Part shown: in pieces, positions 1-8,119 of the stretch
Layout: each line of letters opens with the position of its first letter
Position numbering within the stretch: the stretch's first letter is position 1
Origin: a virus
Taxonomy: Duplodnaviria; Heunggongvirae; Uroviricota; Caudoviricetes
Virus record (IMG/VR): IMGVR_UViG_3300044640_000771
Length of the DNA: 64,000 nt
Strand: one strand, 5' to 3'
Translations under genes and position numbers: made by a program
Notes under the pieces: model-generated
Databases searched by the model: none
Told to the model about the DNA's origin: nothing
What the model saw: only the letters and a program-made list of their open reading frames with translations

Positions 1-322
1 CAGTAGATACGGTAAGATGATACTCTGGAAGATCATATTCGTCAACGTTCTTGTTTGCAAGATGGACACTCCAAATACGAGTAACTTCCTGCTGAGACAT
101 GTAAGAAGTACTCTGCATTTCGTCAGCATCAATCTTAACCATAAAAGCTTCAATTACCTTGTCTTCAGTATGAGGAATGAAGATATCAATATCCTTGAAT
201 TGTACACCAACAATTGAGTCTCGGATAAACCCGCCTGCGATTGCAGCCCCAGGAATATCCTTGACCAATTCTAGTGCGTGCATAGCAAGCTCATACTTAT
301 CATCTGGCAGATCAATCAACAT
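1..322 (-). CDS. nucleotidyltransferase (CCA-adding enzyme / poly(A) polymerase head-domain-like), N-terminal part; gene runs off the window edge
   Basis: Minus-strand translation from ATG at 322-320 reads MLIDLPDDKYELAMHALELVKDIPGAAIAGGFIRDSIVGVQFKDIDIFIP with no stop to position 1. The GGxxRD...DxD pol-beta NTase head motif is present. It lies 5 nt downstream of the deaminase stop. Confidence 0.5.
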   Translation of the reverse strand, partial: MLIDLPDDKYELAMHALELVKDIPGAAIAGGFIRDSIVGVQFKDIDIFIPHTEDKVIEAFMVKIDADEMQSTSYMSQQEVTRIWSVHLANKNVDEYDLPEYHLTVST

Positions 323-791
323 ATTCTAGCCTTTCTACAAAGATTCCACTACTGCGCAATAATTCTATTCCTTGTAAGTCCCTGTATTCTTCAGAATAAA
401 AGACACTGGATACTCCCGTCGCCAAAAGTGCAGCACTACAGTGCCTACAAGGGGCATGTGTGATATACATTTTTCCACCTCGCGTACTAATCCCTTCCAT
501 TGCACACTTATGTAAAACATTTTCTTCGGCGTGTTGTACTTCTGGTTTAGTTACGAGGATTCCGTTCACAATTTCTTCGCAGTCGTTTCCGAGTTCTTTA
601 GGGAGCCCGTTTACTCCTGGAACAATTACCCCTGTAGATGTTACCAGAACTGCCCCAACTTTCAATCGTTTTGCCTTGGATATGTCAGCGTGAAGCTTTG
701 CTGTTTGCATGTACAAATAGTTAAGTTCAGTTTGGGAAGCCATCCTTACCATGCCTTTCTGTGTACTCACCAATTTCAGAGATTTTATCAC
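312..791 (-). CDS. dCMP (deoxycytidylate) deaminase
   Basis: CDA zinc-binding motifs VQHAEENVL and HAPCRHCSAAL are present. Length and layout are ComEB/T4 cd-like. The true start is probably an internal Met (about 743-752), which avoids overlap with the upstream HNH gene. Confidence 0.8.
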   Translation of the reverse strand: MIKSLKLVSTQKGMVRMASQTELNYLYMQTAKLHADISKAKRLKVGAVLVTSTGVIVPGVNGLPKELGNDCEEIVNGILVTKPEVQHAEENVLHKCAMEGISTRGGKMYITHAPCRHCSAALLATGVSSVFYSEEYRDLQGIELLRSSGIFVERLEYVD

Positions 792-1314
792 TTCGAAAGG
801 CTACAGCAAGATTAAAAGCTTCTTTACCGTACTTTGCTATGGAAAAAGACTTTGTTCGTTTTGCTCCATCTTCTGACCAACAAACCCTCCAGCGTCCTTC
901 TTCCTTGTAAACACCAGTAACCCCACTTTTATTATTTACTTGCTTCGCATGGTTTTTGTTGTTAACTAATTGAGTTGTTAATCGTAAATTTGTAATTTTG
1001 TTATTCAACGGATTACCGTCTTTGTGATCAACAACTCTGTCAACAGGTATCGAACCCTGCAGGATATACCATATCAGCCGAGAAATTACGTAAGACTTTT
1101 CTTTGAATTTAATTCGCCAAGTTTTTACGTTAGTAATCCTATTGTGATGGATAAAACCAACTTTTTCACCGGAAATCTTAGAGATTAACCCGCTTTCGGA
1201 TGTGTCAGAATAGTCGTAAATTTCTTTAAAATGCGGGTTGTCATATTTTAATTTTACTTTACACATTTTGCACCTTATATGTTTGAATACCACTTGGGCT
1301 GGTATATTGCACAA
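727..1314 (-). CDS. HNH homing endonuclease (HNH_3 plus AP2-like DNA-binding domain)
   Basis: DHKDGNPLNNKITNLRL HNH_3 motif. C-terminal KSGVTGV...WRV...KYG AP2-like region ending HGKDGFPN. Paralogous to the ORF at 9938..10531. Likely true start MCKVKL near 1266. Confidence 0.8.
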   Translation of the reverse strand: MCNIPAQVVFKHIRCKMCKVKLKYDNPHFKEIYDYSDTSESGLISKISGEKVGFIHHNRITNVKTWRIKFKEKSYVISRLIWYILQGSIPVDRVVDHKDGNPLNNKITNLRLTTQLVNNKNHAKQVNNKSGVTGVYKEEGRWRVCWSEDGAKRTKSFSIAKYGKEAFNLAVAFRSDKISEIGEYTERHGKDGFPN

Positions 1315-1609
1315 CCTTAATACCGAAATCTTTAATCATTTCCTGGCAGGTTGGACATGGCATTGCTAGCGCCATATCACCCTTGGCATCGAAACGCTGT
1401 ACAAGAATCTTATAGATTTCTTTACGGCCAGCAGACAGGATTGCAGCCAACTCTGCATGCTGATAAATCTTCATTTCGGATTCACCTGCACGTTTAGCAT
1501 AGAGTTGCATCAAGGGGTGAGACTTACGATAGTCGTTAGTCCCTGCCCCTATCACCCTACCTCTGCGATCAAAGGCAGTAGCTACAATCTGAAACCTACG
1601 ATTAGCCAT
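1259..1609 (-). CDS. small CDA-fold deaminase (cytidine/dCMP deaminase superfamily), second deaminase paralog
   Basis: 116 aa with QHAELAAI and AMPCPTCQEMI (HxE...PCxxC) zinc-binding signature. Confidence 0.6.
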   Translation of the reverse strand: MANRRFQIVATAFDRRGRVIGAGTNDYRKSHPLMQLYAKRAGESEMKIYQHAELAAILSAGRKEIYKILVQRFDAKGDMALAMPCPTCQEMIKDFGIKVVQYTSPSGIQTYKVQNV

Positions 1610-2115
1610 TACATCAGTTTAGAAATCTTCTTTAGCTTGCGCTGGATATCTGCAAGATTCTTTGCCTTTTCCTTAATGTCAGCCTTGGATGCCTTCCACT
1701 TGTTCAATGCCTGGAATTCAACCTCAGTATAAGGATCATCAGGATTGCACGATTCCCACAGAGCAGCGATAGTTCGATTAGCTACACGCTTGTGCTCTTC
1801 GAAGGCTGAGAGGATGATGCGCAAGGTGTACATCAGGCGCTGAACATCTGCTTGAGTCAGATCGTCAGGGTCATAAGAATATTCGAATTGAACAGGTTCG
1901 AAGTCCACCTCTTGGGCAATCTGTGATTTCAAAAGTTCACCAATTGCTCGACTTGTAGTTACACCTCCACCAACAAGCAGAGTAGGTTCACTGGTCTGGT
2001 GCAGCAGTGCAGTCTTCATACCATTTTCAAAGAACACCCGAGCAATGTCACCTTCATTAGAGACAGGATCAACATTGAAACGCCGGCACAGAGATTCAAA
2101 CTTTTCTTCTTGCAT
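1609..2115 (-). CDS. hypothetical protein
   Basis: 168-aa ORF in an operon with flanking minus-strand genes. Contains a TLLVGGGVTTSRAIG segment. No confident family assignment. Confidence 0.45.
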   Translation of the reverse strand: MQEEKFESLCRRFNVDPVSNEGDIARVFFENGMKTALLHQTSEPTLLVGGGVTTSRAIGELLKSQIAQEVDFEPVQFEYSYDPDDLTQADVQRLMYTLRIILSAFEEHKRVANRTIAALWESCNPDDPYTEVEFQALNKWKASKADIKEKAKNLADIQRKLKKISKLM

Positions 2116-2118
2116 AAA

Positions 2119-3342
2119 TTACTCCTTTACGGTTTGTTCGCTATTTGCGAATTGAGAATGCGATGCCTTGTTTAGCTCGCTGATAAGCATTGTAGCAAAT
2201 TCTTCTGCACTGTCAAGGTCCACTTCATGGTTGTGTTTCTTGTAGTGCTGGTTGAAGGTATAGACTGCCTTCTTGCCCATCTGGTGGCGCATAATACCCA
2301 AGGTACTATAGTGTTCCCCATCCTTACGAATTTGGTAGCAAACGTAAGTACCTTCTGCAGCTTGATTTCCATAAAAGCCTACACAGTGCTCCATGTCTTG
2401 ACCCTCTTTGTGATACTCACGGATAGAGTTCAGTCGGATTGCAGTGTATTCATTCTTTTCGTAAATCTTCATCGGATTGTCTTCGTATTCGATTGGATCG
2501 TCAAGGTTCCTGCTTTGTCGTGCTTGTTCACGGATACGATTCTGGTTGTTATACAGTTGAATCATGCGGTCATGCTCTTCCTTGAGCCTGTCTACACTCC
2601 AATTCTTAGACATTTCTCGGTTAAGGATGCGACACAAACGCTTGGTATCTTCGTGCAGGCTGGCGACCATCTTGCACCTGTCCTTGTTGGTCCAACTGCC
2701 CTTCAGTTTATCTTTGATATACAAGATTGTATCTTTTCCAACAGGAAAATTCCTGCTATTAAGCAAGTGCAACAAAGAGCTAGGAATGTCTTCGTGTGCA
2801 TCTTTGTCTCGAATGCTAGCGAAGCTCAGTAGCTTATTCCGGCTAAAGCTATTCTTGTGGAGCTTCTTCCAGAGTCCCTTGCCTAGTTCAGCCTTGAGTT
2901 CCTGTGGGCTACGTTCAGAAGCATACACCAAAGGGGCTACGTTGTAAATCCCATCCTTCTTCACTTGATCAAGCTTGTTAGCAACACGACGAAGCCTAGC
3001 CAATGCTTCAGGTTTCACTCCTTTCTGCATCCAGCACAAGGCGAAGTTCCTGACATGATGATTGTCAATAGAAGCAACGAAGGTCTTGTATGAAATAGCA
3101 TTGTACCACTTCAGGGCAGCAGCTGGAGACATACCAAGCTTATCCCCTGCTTCCTTGTAGTAAGACTTCATATCCTTGCGGGGAACAGCTAGACCTAGCT
3201 CAGAGATCATTTGCTTGCAGTTCTTGTACTTGCGGTAATACCTGAACTCCGTGAAGTAGATGCGAACAAATGGACCACGCTTGTCCACTCCTGTTTCAAC
3301 CAAGTTCTTACCAGTTCTCTCTTCCATGCTCGCTACTTGCAT
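2119..3342 (-). CDS. hypothetical protein (407 aa) with C-terminal HCVG motif, possibly PcfJ-like
   Basis: Long basic ORF. AAGGA SD upstream of ATG at 3342. C-terminal EGQDMEHCVGFYG motif. Family uncertain. Confidence 0.45.
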   Translation of the reverse strand: MQVASMEERTGKNLVETGVDKRGPFVRIYFTEFRYYRKYKNCKQMISELGLAVPRKDMKSYYKEAGDKLGMSPAAALKWYNAISYKTFVASIDNHHVRNFALCWMQKGVKPEALARLRRVANKLDQVKKDGIYNVAPLVYASERSPQELKAELGKGLWKKLHKNSFSRNKLLSFASIRDKDAHEDIPSSLLHLLNSRNFPVGKDTILYIKDKLKGSWTNKDRCKMVASLHEDTKRLCRILNREMSKNWSVDRLKEEHDRMIQLYNNQNRIREQARQSRNLDDPIEYEDNPMKIYEKNEYTAIRLNSIREYHKEGQDMEHCVGFYGNQAAEGTYVCYQIRKDGEHYSTLGIMRHQMGKKAVYTFNQHYKKHNHEVDLDSAEEFATMLISELNKASHSQFANSEQTVKE

Positions 3343-3377
3343 TGCTCATCCTTTCTTACAGTACTATCTACAGATAC

Positions 3378-3406
3378 ATTCTACGATATATCCTCCAAAG
3401 CAGCAA
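3378..3406 (-). promoter_or_regulatory. sigma70-like promoter candidate for the leftward operon (-35 TTGCTG, 17-nt spacer, -10 TAGAAT)
   Basis: Reverse complement of 3378..3406 reads TTGCTG-N17-TAGAAT, 36 nt upstream of the 3342 start. Confidence 0.35.
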
Positions 3407-3740
3407 CAGCATAGCCTTCTAGGCGTATCCCGCAGGACACCCTAGAGTGGCTAAAGCTATCTACTTCCTCCTGAAGTTTTCGAGCATTATTCAATAGCAA
3501 GCCAGGGTTGTCAAGTCCTCCTGATCAACAGCCGAGTTGCTATCCTTCTACCTAAATGCTATCATGCAGATGCAGTGACATAGTTCGGTTGGGATTATTC
3601 GTCAATGGCAACAGACGTAGAGATGCTCACGCAGTCTCAGTACCCATGTCTGCATTGTAGCATGCAACCAACGAAGAAGTCAAGTGTTGACAGGAAATTT
3701 GGTTGTGATACAGTTCAGGCTTCTTTTGAAAGGAGTTACA

Positions 3741-4163
3741 ATGAGCATTAAAATCTACGATATCAACGTTCTGGAATCACAGAACACATCACAACCTTAC
3801 ATCTTGTATTCGTATGAACCATACATTGATCGGATAGATTTCCACTCTCAGTGCATTCCTACAAAGATTCACAGTCTTCCTGTTCACCGTTTTGTTCAGA
3901 CAGACGAGAACGGAAAGCAGACGGATTTGTTTATTGCTATCGGACCTGAACTGTTGCGTGTACTGCAGGCATTGGTTCGAAGTGATGCTGCTGAACTGTT
4001 GGAAGAAAAGGAACAGCAAATCCGTAGTCTGCGATCTTTCATGGATGACACGTATGTTCTTCTGAACAAGTCAGAACGACAACTCAACAATATGCTTGCA
4101 GTCAATGGATTGCCGTGGTACACTCGTGTCATCAAAGCACTTCGAAAGGATTACCATGTTTAA
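3741..4163 (+). CDS. hypothetical protein
   Basis: ATG at 3741 is preceded by AAAGGAG. A TTGACA...TACAGT promoter-like pair lies about 50 nt upstream. 140 aa. Confidence 0.45.
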   Translation: MSIKIYDINVLESQNTSQPYILYSYEPYIDRIDFHSQCIPTKIHSLPVHRFVQTDENGKQTDLFIAIGPELLRVLQALVRSDAAELLEEKEQQIRSLRSFMDDTYVLLNKSERQLNNMLAVNGLPWYTRVIKALRKDYHV

Positions 4164-4368
4164 TTACTTCAGTAAACAGTCTCGCCTGAACCGCATGAAA
4201 GTCAAGCTTGCAGAAGCAAGGGCTGAGTTGAAAGCTGTTGAGAGTTTCGTAGGGGTAAAAAGTGGAGGGTATACTCCATCAGAAGCTCGTCGTATTGTTC
4301 ACCTGGAAAGCTACATTGCAGGTCTTCTGGTGGAAATCCAAATCCTAGAAGGAGAAATCAATGTCTGA
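4156..4368 (+). CDS. hypothetical coiled-coil protein
   Basis: MFNYFSKQSRLNRMKVKLAEARAELKAVE. SD AAGGA upstream. Confidence 0.35.
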   Translation: MFNYFSKQSRLNRMKVKLAEARAELKAVESFVGVKSGGYTPSEARRIVHLESYIAGLLVEIQILEGEINV

Positions 4369-4525
4369 TGTTGAACAATTCTACTACGCTATCCAATCCA
4401 AGATTGGTGGCACTGTTCCGTGGCATAGCCTGCACCCCATTCAACAGGCGCAGTTTGTACAGGCATTGAACCAGATCATGCAAATCTGCAGCAGCAATCA
4501 AATCTTTCAAGAAGAGAGTACTGTA
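4361..4525 (+). CDS. hypothetical small protein
   Basis: 54-codon ORF with GGAGAAATCA SD. Start/stop overlaps the neighbours. Confidence 0.3.
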
Positions 4526-4634
4526 TGAAGCAGTTTGGTATATACTACCTTACTCCGAAAGTATTCCGGCACGGCGGATGGTATCTGAAGCTCTGGGGTA
4601 AGCGGTATCGAATTATTAAAGTGGGAGAACACTG

Positions 4635-5057
4635 ATGGCACTAACCAAGAATCAAATCATTTTCAATACTATCAGTCCTTGGGATCATCCTTGTCAGGGT
4701 CAAGATAAGAAGGTACTATTCGTCTGCAGCGCGGGCATCCTACGTTCAGCTACTGCCGCTCGATTGTACTCGCATGTATACAACACCCGTTGTGCAGGTA
4801 GTGAAGACTACGCTCTGATCCCTGTTACACCTGACCTCTTGTTGTGGGCGGATCAGGTGGTGTTTGTCAAGGAAGAAAACTACTGGAGCATCGTCAATCG
4901 ATTTGATCTTGACACGTTTCAAGTAGATGTGGTAATCTTGAACATTGATGACAAGTATGATCACATGGAAGCTGGTCTTGTTGAGTTGTTCAACAGTCAG
5001 TACGAAGAAGTACATCCGGTTATCTATAATCGAATTATCAATAAGGTGAATTCATGA
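4635..5057 (+). CDS. low-molecular-weight protein-tyrosine-phosphatase / arsenate-reductase-like protein
   Basis: N-terminal VLFVCSAGILRSATAA matches the CX5R(S/T) P-loop of the LMW-PTP/ArsC family. Confidence 0.5.
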   Translation: MALTKNQIIFNTISPWDHPCQGQDKKVLFVCSAGILRSATAARLYSHVYNTRCAGSEDYALIPVTPDLLLWADQVVFVKEENYWSIVNRFDLDTFQVDVVILNIDDKYDHMEAGLVELFNSQYEEVHPVIYNRIINKVNS

Positions 5058-5248
5058 ATAACATTCCACAAAATCTGTGCCTGCGAGAACTTGAGCGCTG
5101 GGTATACATTGAGGATATTCAGCCCCTGAGAGGGGTACTTGACTACCATTGGAATCAAGTATTCACAAAAGGGTTTGATCTTGGTGTTGAACATCAGAAA
5201 CAACGTCAGTTGAGAGAAGCTTATTCATCGACGGAGACTTGGAAATGA
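5054..5248 (+). CDS. hypothetical protein
   Basis: 64-aa ORF in an operon. Confidence 0.3.
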   Translation: MNNIPQNLCLRELERWVYIEDIQPLRGVLDYHWNQVFTKGFDLGVEHQKQRQLREAYSSTETWK

Positions 5249-5463
5249 GAAGCAGACCCTTCAAGATTGACATGAAGGATAGACTTTGGGACAAGCGGCA
5301 CTCTATCCATCGAGCCATCTCATACTTGTCTAAACGGTTCTGTGTATTTGTAGGTAGAAAGTTGTTGACAGGCGTAAGGTCTGCGCATAGAATGCCTGCT
5401 GCTAGGAAGTTTAGAACTCAGTTGAGAATTCAACGATATGTCAAAAGGAAAACAAATGACTAA
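5239..5463 (+). CDS. hypothetical basic protein
   Basis: 74-aa ORF rich in Arg/Lys. Confidence 0.3.
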   Translation: MEMRSRPFKIDMKDRLWDKRHSIHRAISYLSKRFCVFVGRKLLTGVRSAHRMPAARKFRTQLRIQRYVKRKTND

Positions 5464-6418
5464 TCAAATCGATGGTTTCAAACCAATGCTTGCCTGCGAC
5501 TGGCACGAAGAAAAGCTTAAATTCCCCTGTATTGTCCAACCGAAGCTAGATGGTGTTCACTCATTGAATCGTCATGGTAAGTGCCTTGGTCGCAGTCTAA
5601 AGTCGCATGAGAATCGCTATGTTACTGAGCAGTTCAGTAAGCCTGAATATCATGGTTTCTGTGGTGAAAAGATTGATGCCGACCTTGGAACTACTCACCC
5701 TGATCTTTGCCGAATTACTTCGGGTAACCTTCGTCGGATTGAAGGTGAACCAAATATTGTTTGGGTGCTATTTGATTATGTAACTGAAGAAACCAAGGGT
5801 CTGGGATATGTACAGCGAATGCACAAATTGGAAGAATACCTTGATTGTCTTGAATCGGATGACTTTGTTCCAGTTGACATTGTAGAATCAACTCTTGTTG
5901 AAAACCTAGAACAACTTCTGGAACTGGAAGAAGAGTATCTTAATCATGGATACGAAGGTATCGTCATCCGCGATCCTAACGCACCTTATAAGTATGGTCG
6001 TTGTGGTAAGACGTTCATGGGTGCATGGCGTGTAAAGCGTTTCATTGAAGAAGAAATCCTTGTTGACAAGATCAATGAAGGTATGCATAATGCAAATGAA
6101 GCAAAGACGAATGAACTAGGTCGAACCGAGCGCAGCACACACCAAGAAAACATGAAACCCAATGGCTTGCTTGGAAACATGGAAGGGACTACAATCAAGG
6201 ATATTCATGATCCGCAATCTGGTGAGCTATTGATTCCCAAAGGTGAACGTGTTACAGTGAGTCCTGGTGAAATGAATCACAAGATGCGAGGGTTCTACTT
6301 TGAAAATCCTAGTGAAATTGTAGGACATGTGATCAAGTTCAAGATGTTCCCGAAGGGTGTAAAAGATAAGCCTCGATTCCCTACATATGTGAGTCATCGT
6401 AATGAAAATGACACTTGA
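5456..6418 (+). CDS. ATP-dependent DNA ligase
   Basis: Adenylation motif I QPKLDGVH (KxDG). Motif GYEGIVIRD. SD AAGGAAAA before the ATG at 5456. Confidence 0.85.
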   Translation: MTNQIDGFKPMLACDWHEEKLKFPCIVQPKLDGVHSLNRHGKCLGRSLKSHENRYVTEQFSKPEYHGFCGEKIDADLGTTHPDLCRITSGNLRRIEGEPNIVWVLFDYVTEETKGLGYVQRMHKLEEYLDCLESDDFVPVDIVESTLVENLEQLLELEEEYLNHGYEGIVIRDPNAPYKYGRCGKTFMGAWRVKRFIEEEILVDKINEGMHNANEAKTNELGRTERSTHQENMKPNGLLGNMEGTTIKDIHDPQSGELLIPKGERVTVSPGEMNHKMRGFYFENPSEIVGHVIKFKMFPKGVKDKPRFPTYVSHRNENDT

Positions 6419-6935
6419 ACAAGCACTGGATTGGCTAATCGAGCATGACCCTGATCTTGCACAGCGATTCATTGAAAAGCACCTTGCAAGAATCGAACTG
6501 CACAAGCGACTGAAAGAACACAAGAAAGCAAAGCTTGACAAACACGTTCTACAGAGTCATAATTTCCGCTGTGGGTCAATTCAAACAATTTCGGAGGATA
6601 AAACCGTGAAACACTCAATTAAAGAACTTGACGCTATCCTAGACACTCCTTGTACCTTCAGGGATTGCTCTGCTGAGAATCTTCGGCTATACTTCTACTA
6701 CTTGCTCGATGCGGTATGGGTACAAGGTGAAAGCTTCAGCGGTAAGCGACCGTTTGGTAATTCTGGATGGGAAAACGAAGTCTACGCAGCACTGATTACA
6801 ACAGGAGCAATGTATGGTAGAATTGATGAAGAAGGTTACCCTTGGCGCTTCAACGAACTAGTAGCCAACAAGTTGATTTCTAAGTTAATCCTGCGCTGTA
6901 CTGGTGCAGATCGATACTTTGATATGGAGGATTGA
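6402..6935 (+). CDS. hypothetical protein
   Basis: 177-aa ORF that overlaps the ligase stop. Confidence 0.45.
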   Translation: MKMTLEQALDWLIEHDPDLAQRFIEKHLARIELHKRLKEHKKAKLDKHVLQSHNFRCGSIQTISEDKTVKHSIKELDAILDTPCTFRDCSAENLRLYFYYLLDAVWVQGESFSGKRPFGNSGWENEVYAALITTGAMYGRIDEEGYPWRFNELVANKLISKLILRCTGADRYFDMED

Positions 6936-7107
6936 ATGACTAAGAAAGAGTTGAAGCGTATCATGCTTGAGGTTATTGCTGAGGCAGATCAATACGACAA
7001 AGATAGCTGGTATTGTACCGATCAAGAAGTAACCCAGGTTGGAATTGAAGCCTTGGCTAAAAAGTTGAATATTGATCTCGATAAGGAAGACTAAATAAGG
7101 AGTTATA

Positions 7108-7284
7108 ATGCTGAAGATGCTACTTGTGTATTTTCTAATCTGTTCCCTGGTGTATGGTATCGGATACTTCTTCTTCACTGGAGGAAAGTATGCTATCATC
7201 AACACTAGTAAGTGGGTTGGTATTAGTATTTTTGTCGCTACGATTGCACTTGCTGTGATTAGTGGTATTGTTATTGTGTTTTAA
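7108..7284 (+). CDS. small membrane protein
   Basis: 58 aa, two hydrophobic segments. AAGGAG SD. Confidence 0.35.
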   Translation: MLKMLLVYFLICSLVYGIGYFFFTGGKYAIINTSKWVGISIFVATIALAVISGIVIVF

Positions 7285-7295
7285 AGGAGAAACTT

Positions 7296-8111
7296 ATGCA
7301 AATTATGAAGAATCTGAAAGCCCTGCTGGTTGCAGCAATGGTTGTTATCGCTGGTGCAAATCTTACGGGTTGCACTCGAATTGAGACTGGTGAAGTTGGC
7401 GTCCGTATCAATGCATCAAAGCAGATCGAAGGCTCAGAACTACCCCCTGGTAGTTGGAATCAAATTCTGGTTGGTAGCGTCTTGACCTTCCCGGTTAAGG
7501 ATGTTACAATGACTCTGGAGAACAAGACCCCGCTGACAGCAGACAATGCTGCACTAGCTGACTTTGATGTGAGTGTAGTCTATAACATCAGTCAGAGTTC
7601 GGTTGCTGAACTGTACAGTACCAAGGCACGAAGCTTCCATGCTGTGTTCGATGGCGACAATTATCTAATGTACAACTACATTAGTACTCTTGTCAACAAT
7701 GCTTCGTACAAGGCTGTCCGTCAGTACAAGTCTCTGGAAGTAGCAGACAATCGCCAGAAGATTGAACAGGATATTCGTGAACAAGTGCAAATTGCTCTTG
7801 CAGCAGAGAATCTTGATAAGTCCCTGACTATCTCTGCAGTTCAAGTTCGAAACGTTCAGCCTAATGCACAGATTCTGCAAGCTGCCACTGCATTCGTTGC
7901 AAGTCAGAATGAACTGCGTATCAAGGAAAATGAAGTGAAGATCGCTGAAGCTGAATCTCGTCGGATGGCTGCTCTGTCTGCTAATTCCAAGCAGAGTATC
8001 GACTACATGCAAGCACAAGCTGCTGTGAACTATTCTGAAGCTGTCAAGGCAGGTAAGGTTAATACCATCATCGTCCCTGTTGACTTCAAAGGCATGGTAA
8101 GCATTAAGTAA
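7296..8111 (+). CDS. SPFH/band-7 domain lipoprotein
   Basis: Signal peptide with LTGC lipobox. Prohibitin/HflK-like core followed by a coiled coil. Confidence 0.55.
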   Translation: MQIMKNLKALLVAAMVVIAGANLTGCTRIETGEVGVRINASKQIEGSELPPGSWNQILVGSVLTFPVKDVTMTLENKTPLTADNAALADFDVSVVYNISQSSVAELYSTKARSFHAVFDGDNYLMYNYISTLVNNASYKAVRQYKSLEVADNRQKIEQDIREQVQIALAAENLDKSLTISAVQVRNVQPNAQILQAATAFVASQNELRIKENEVKIAEAESRRMAALSANSKQSIDYMQAQAAVNYSEAVKAGKVNTIIVPVDFKGMVSIK

Positions 8112-8119
8112 AGGAAACT

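Noticed and set aside
17-217. 66-aa + strand ORF at the window start
   Set aside because: It lies antisense within the better-supported minus-strand nucleotidyltransferase reading frame, and has no SD or context.
2227-2947. 201-aa and 127-aa + strand ORFs
   Set aside because: They are antisense inside the 407-aa minus-strand gene and have a Leu/Ser/Val-rich, low-complexity composition. They are typical shadow ORFs.
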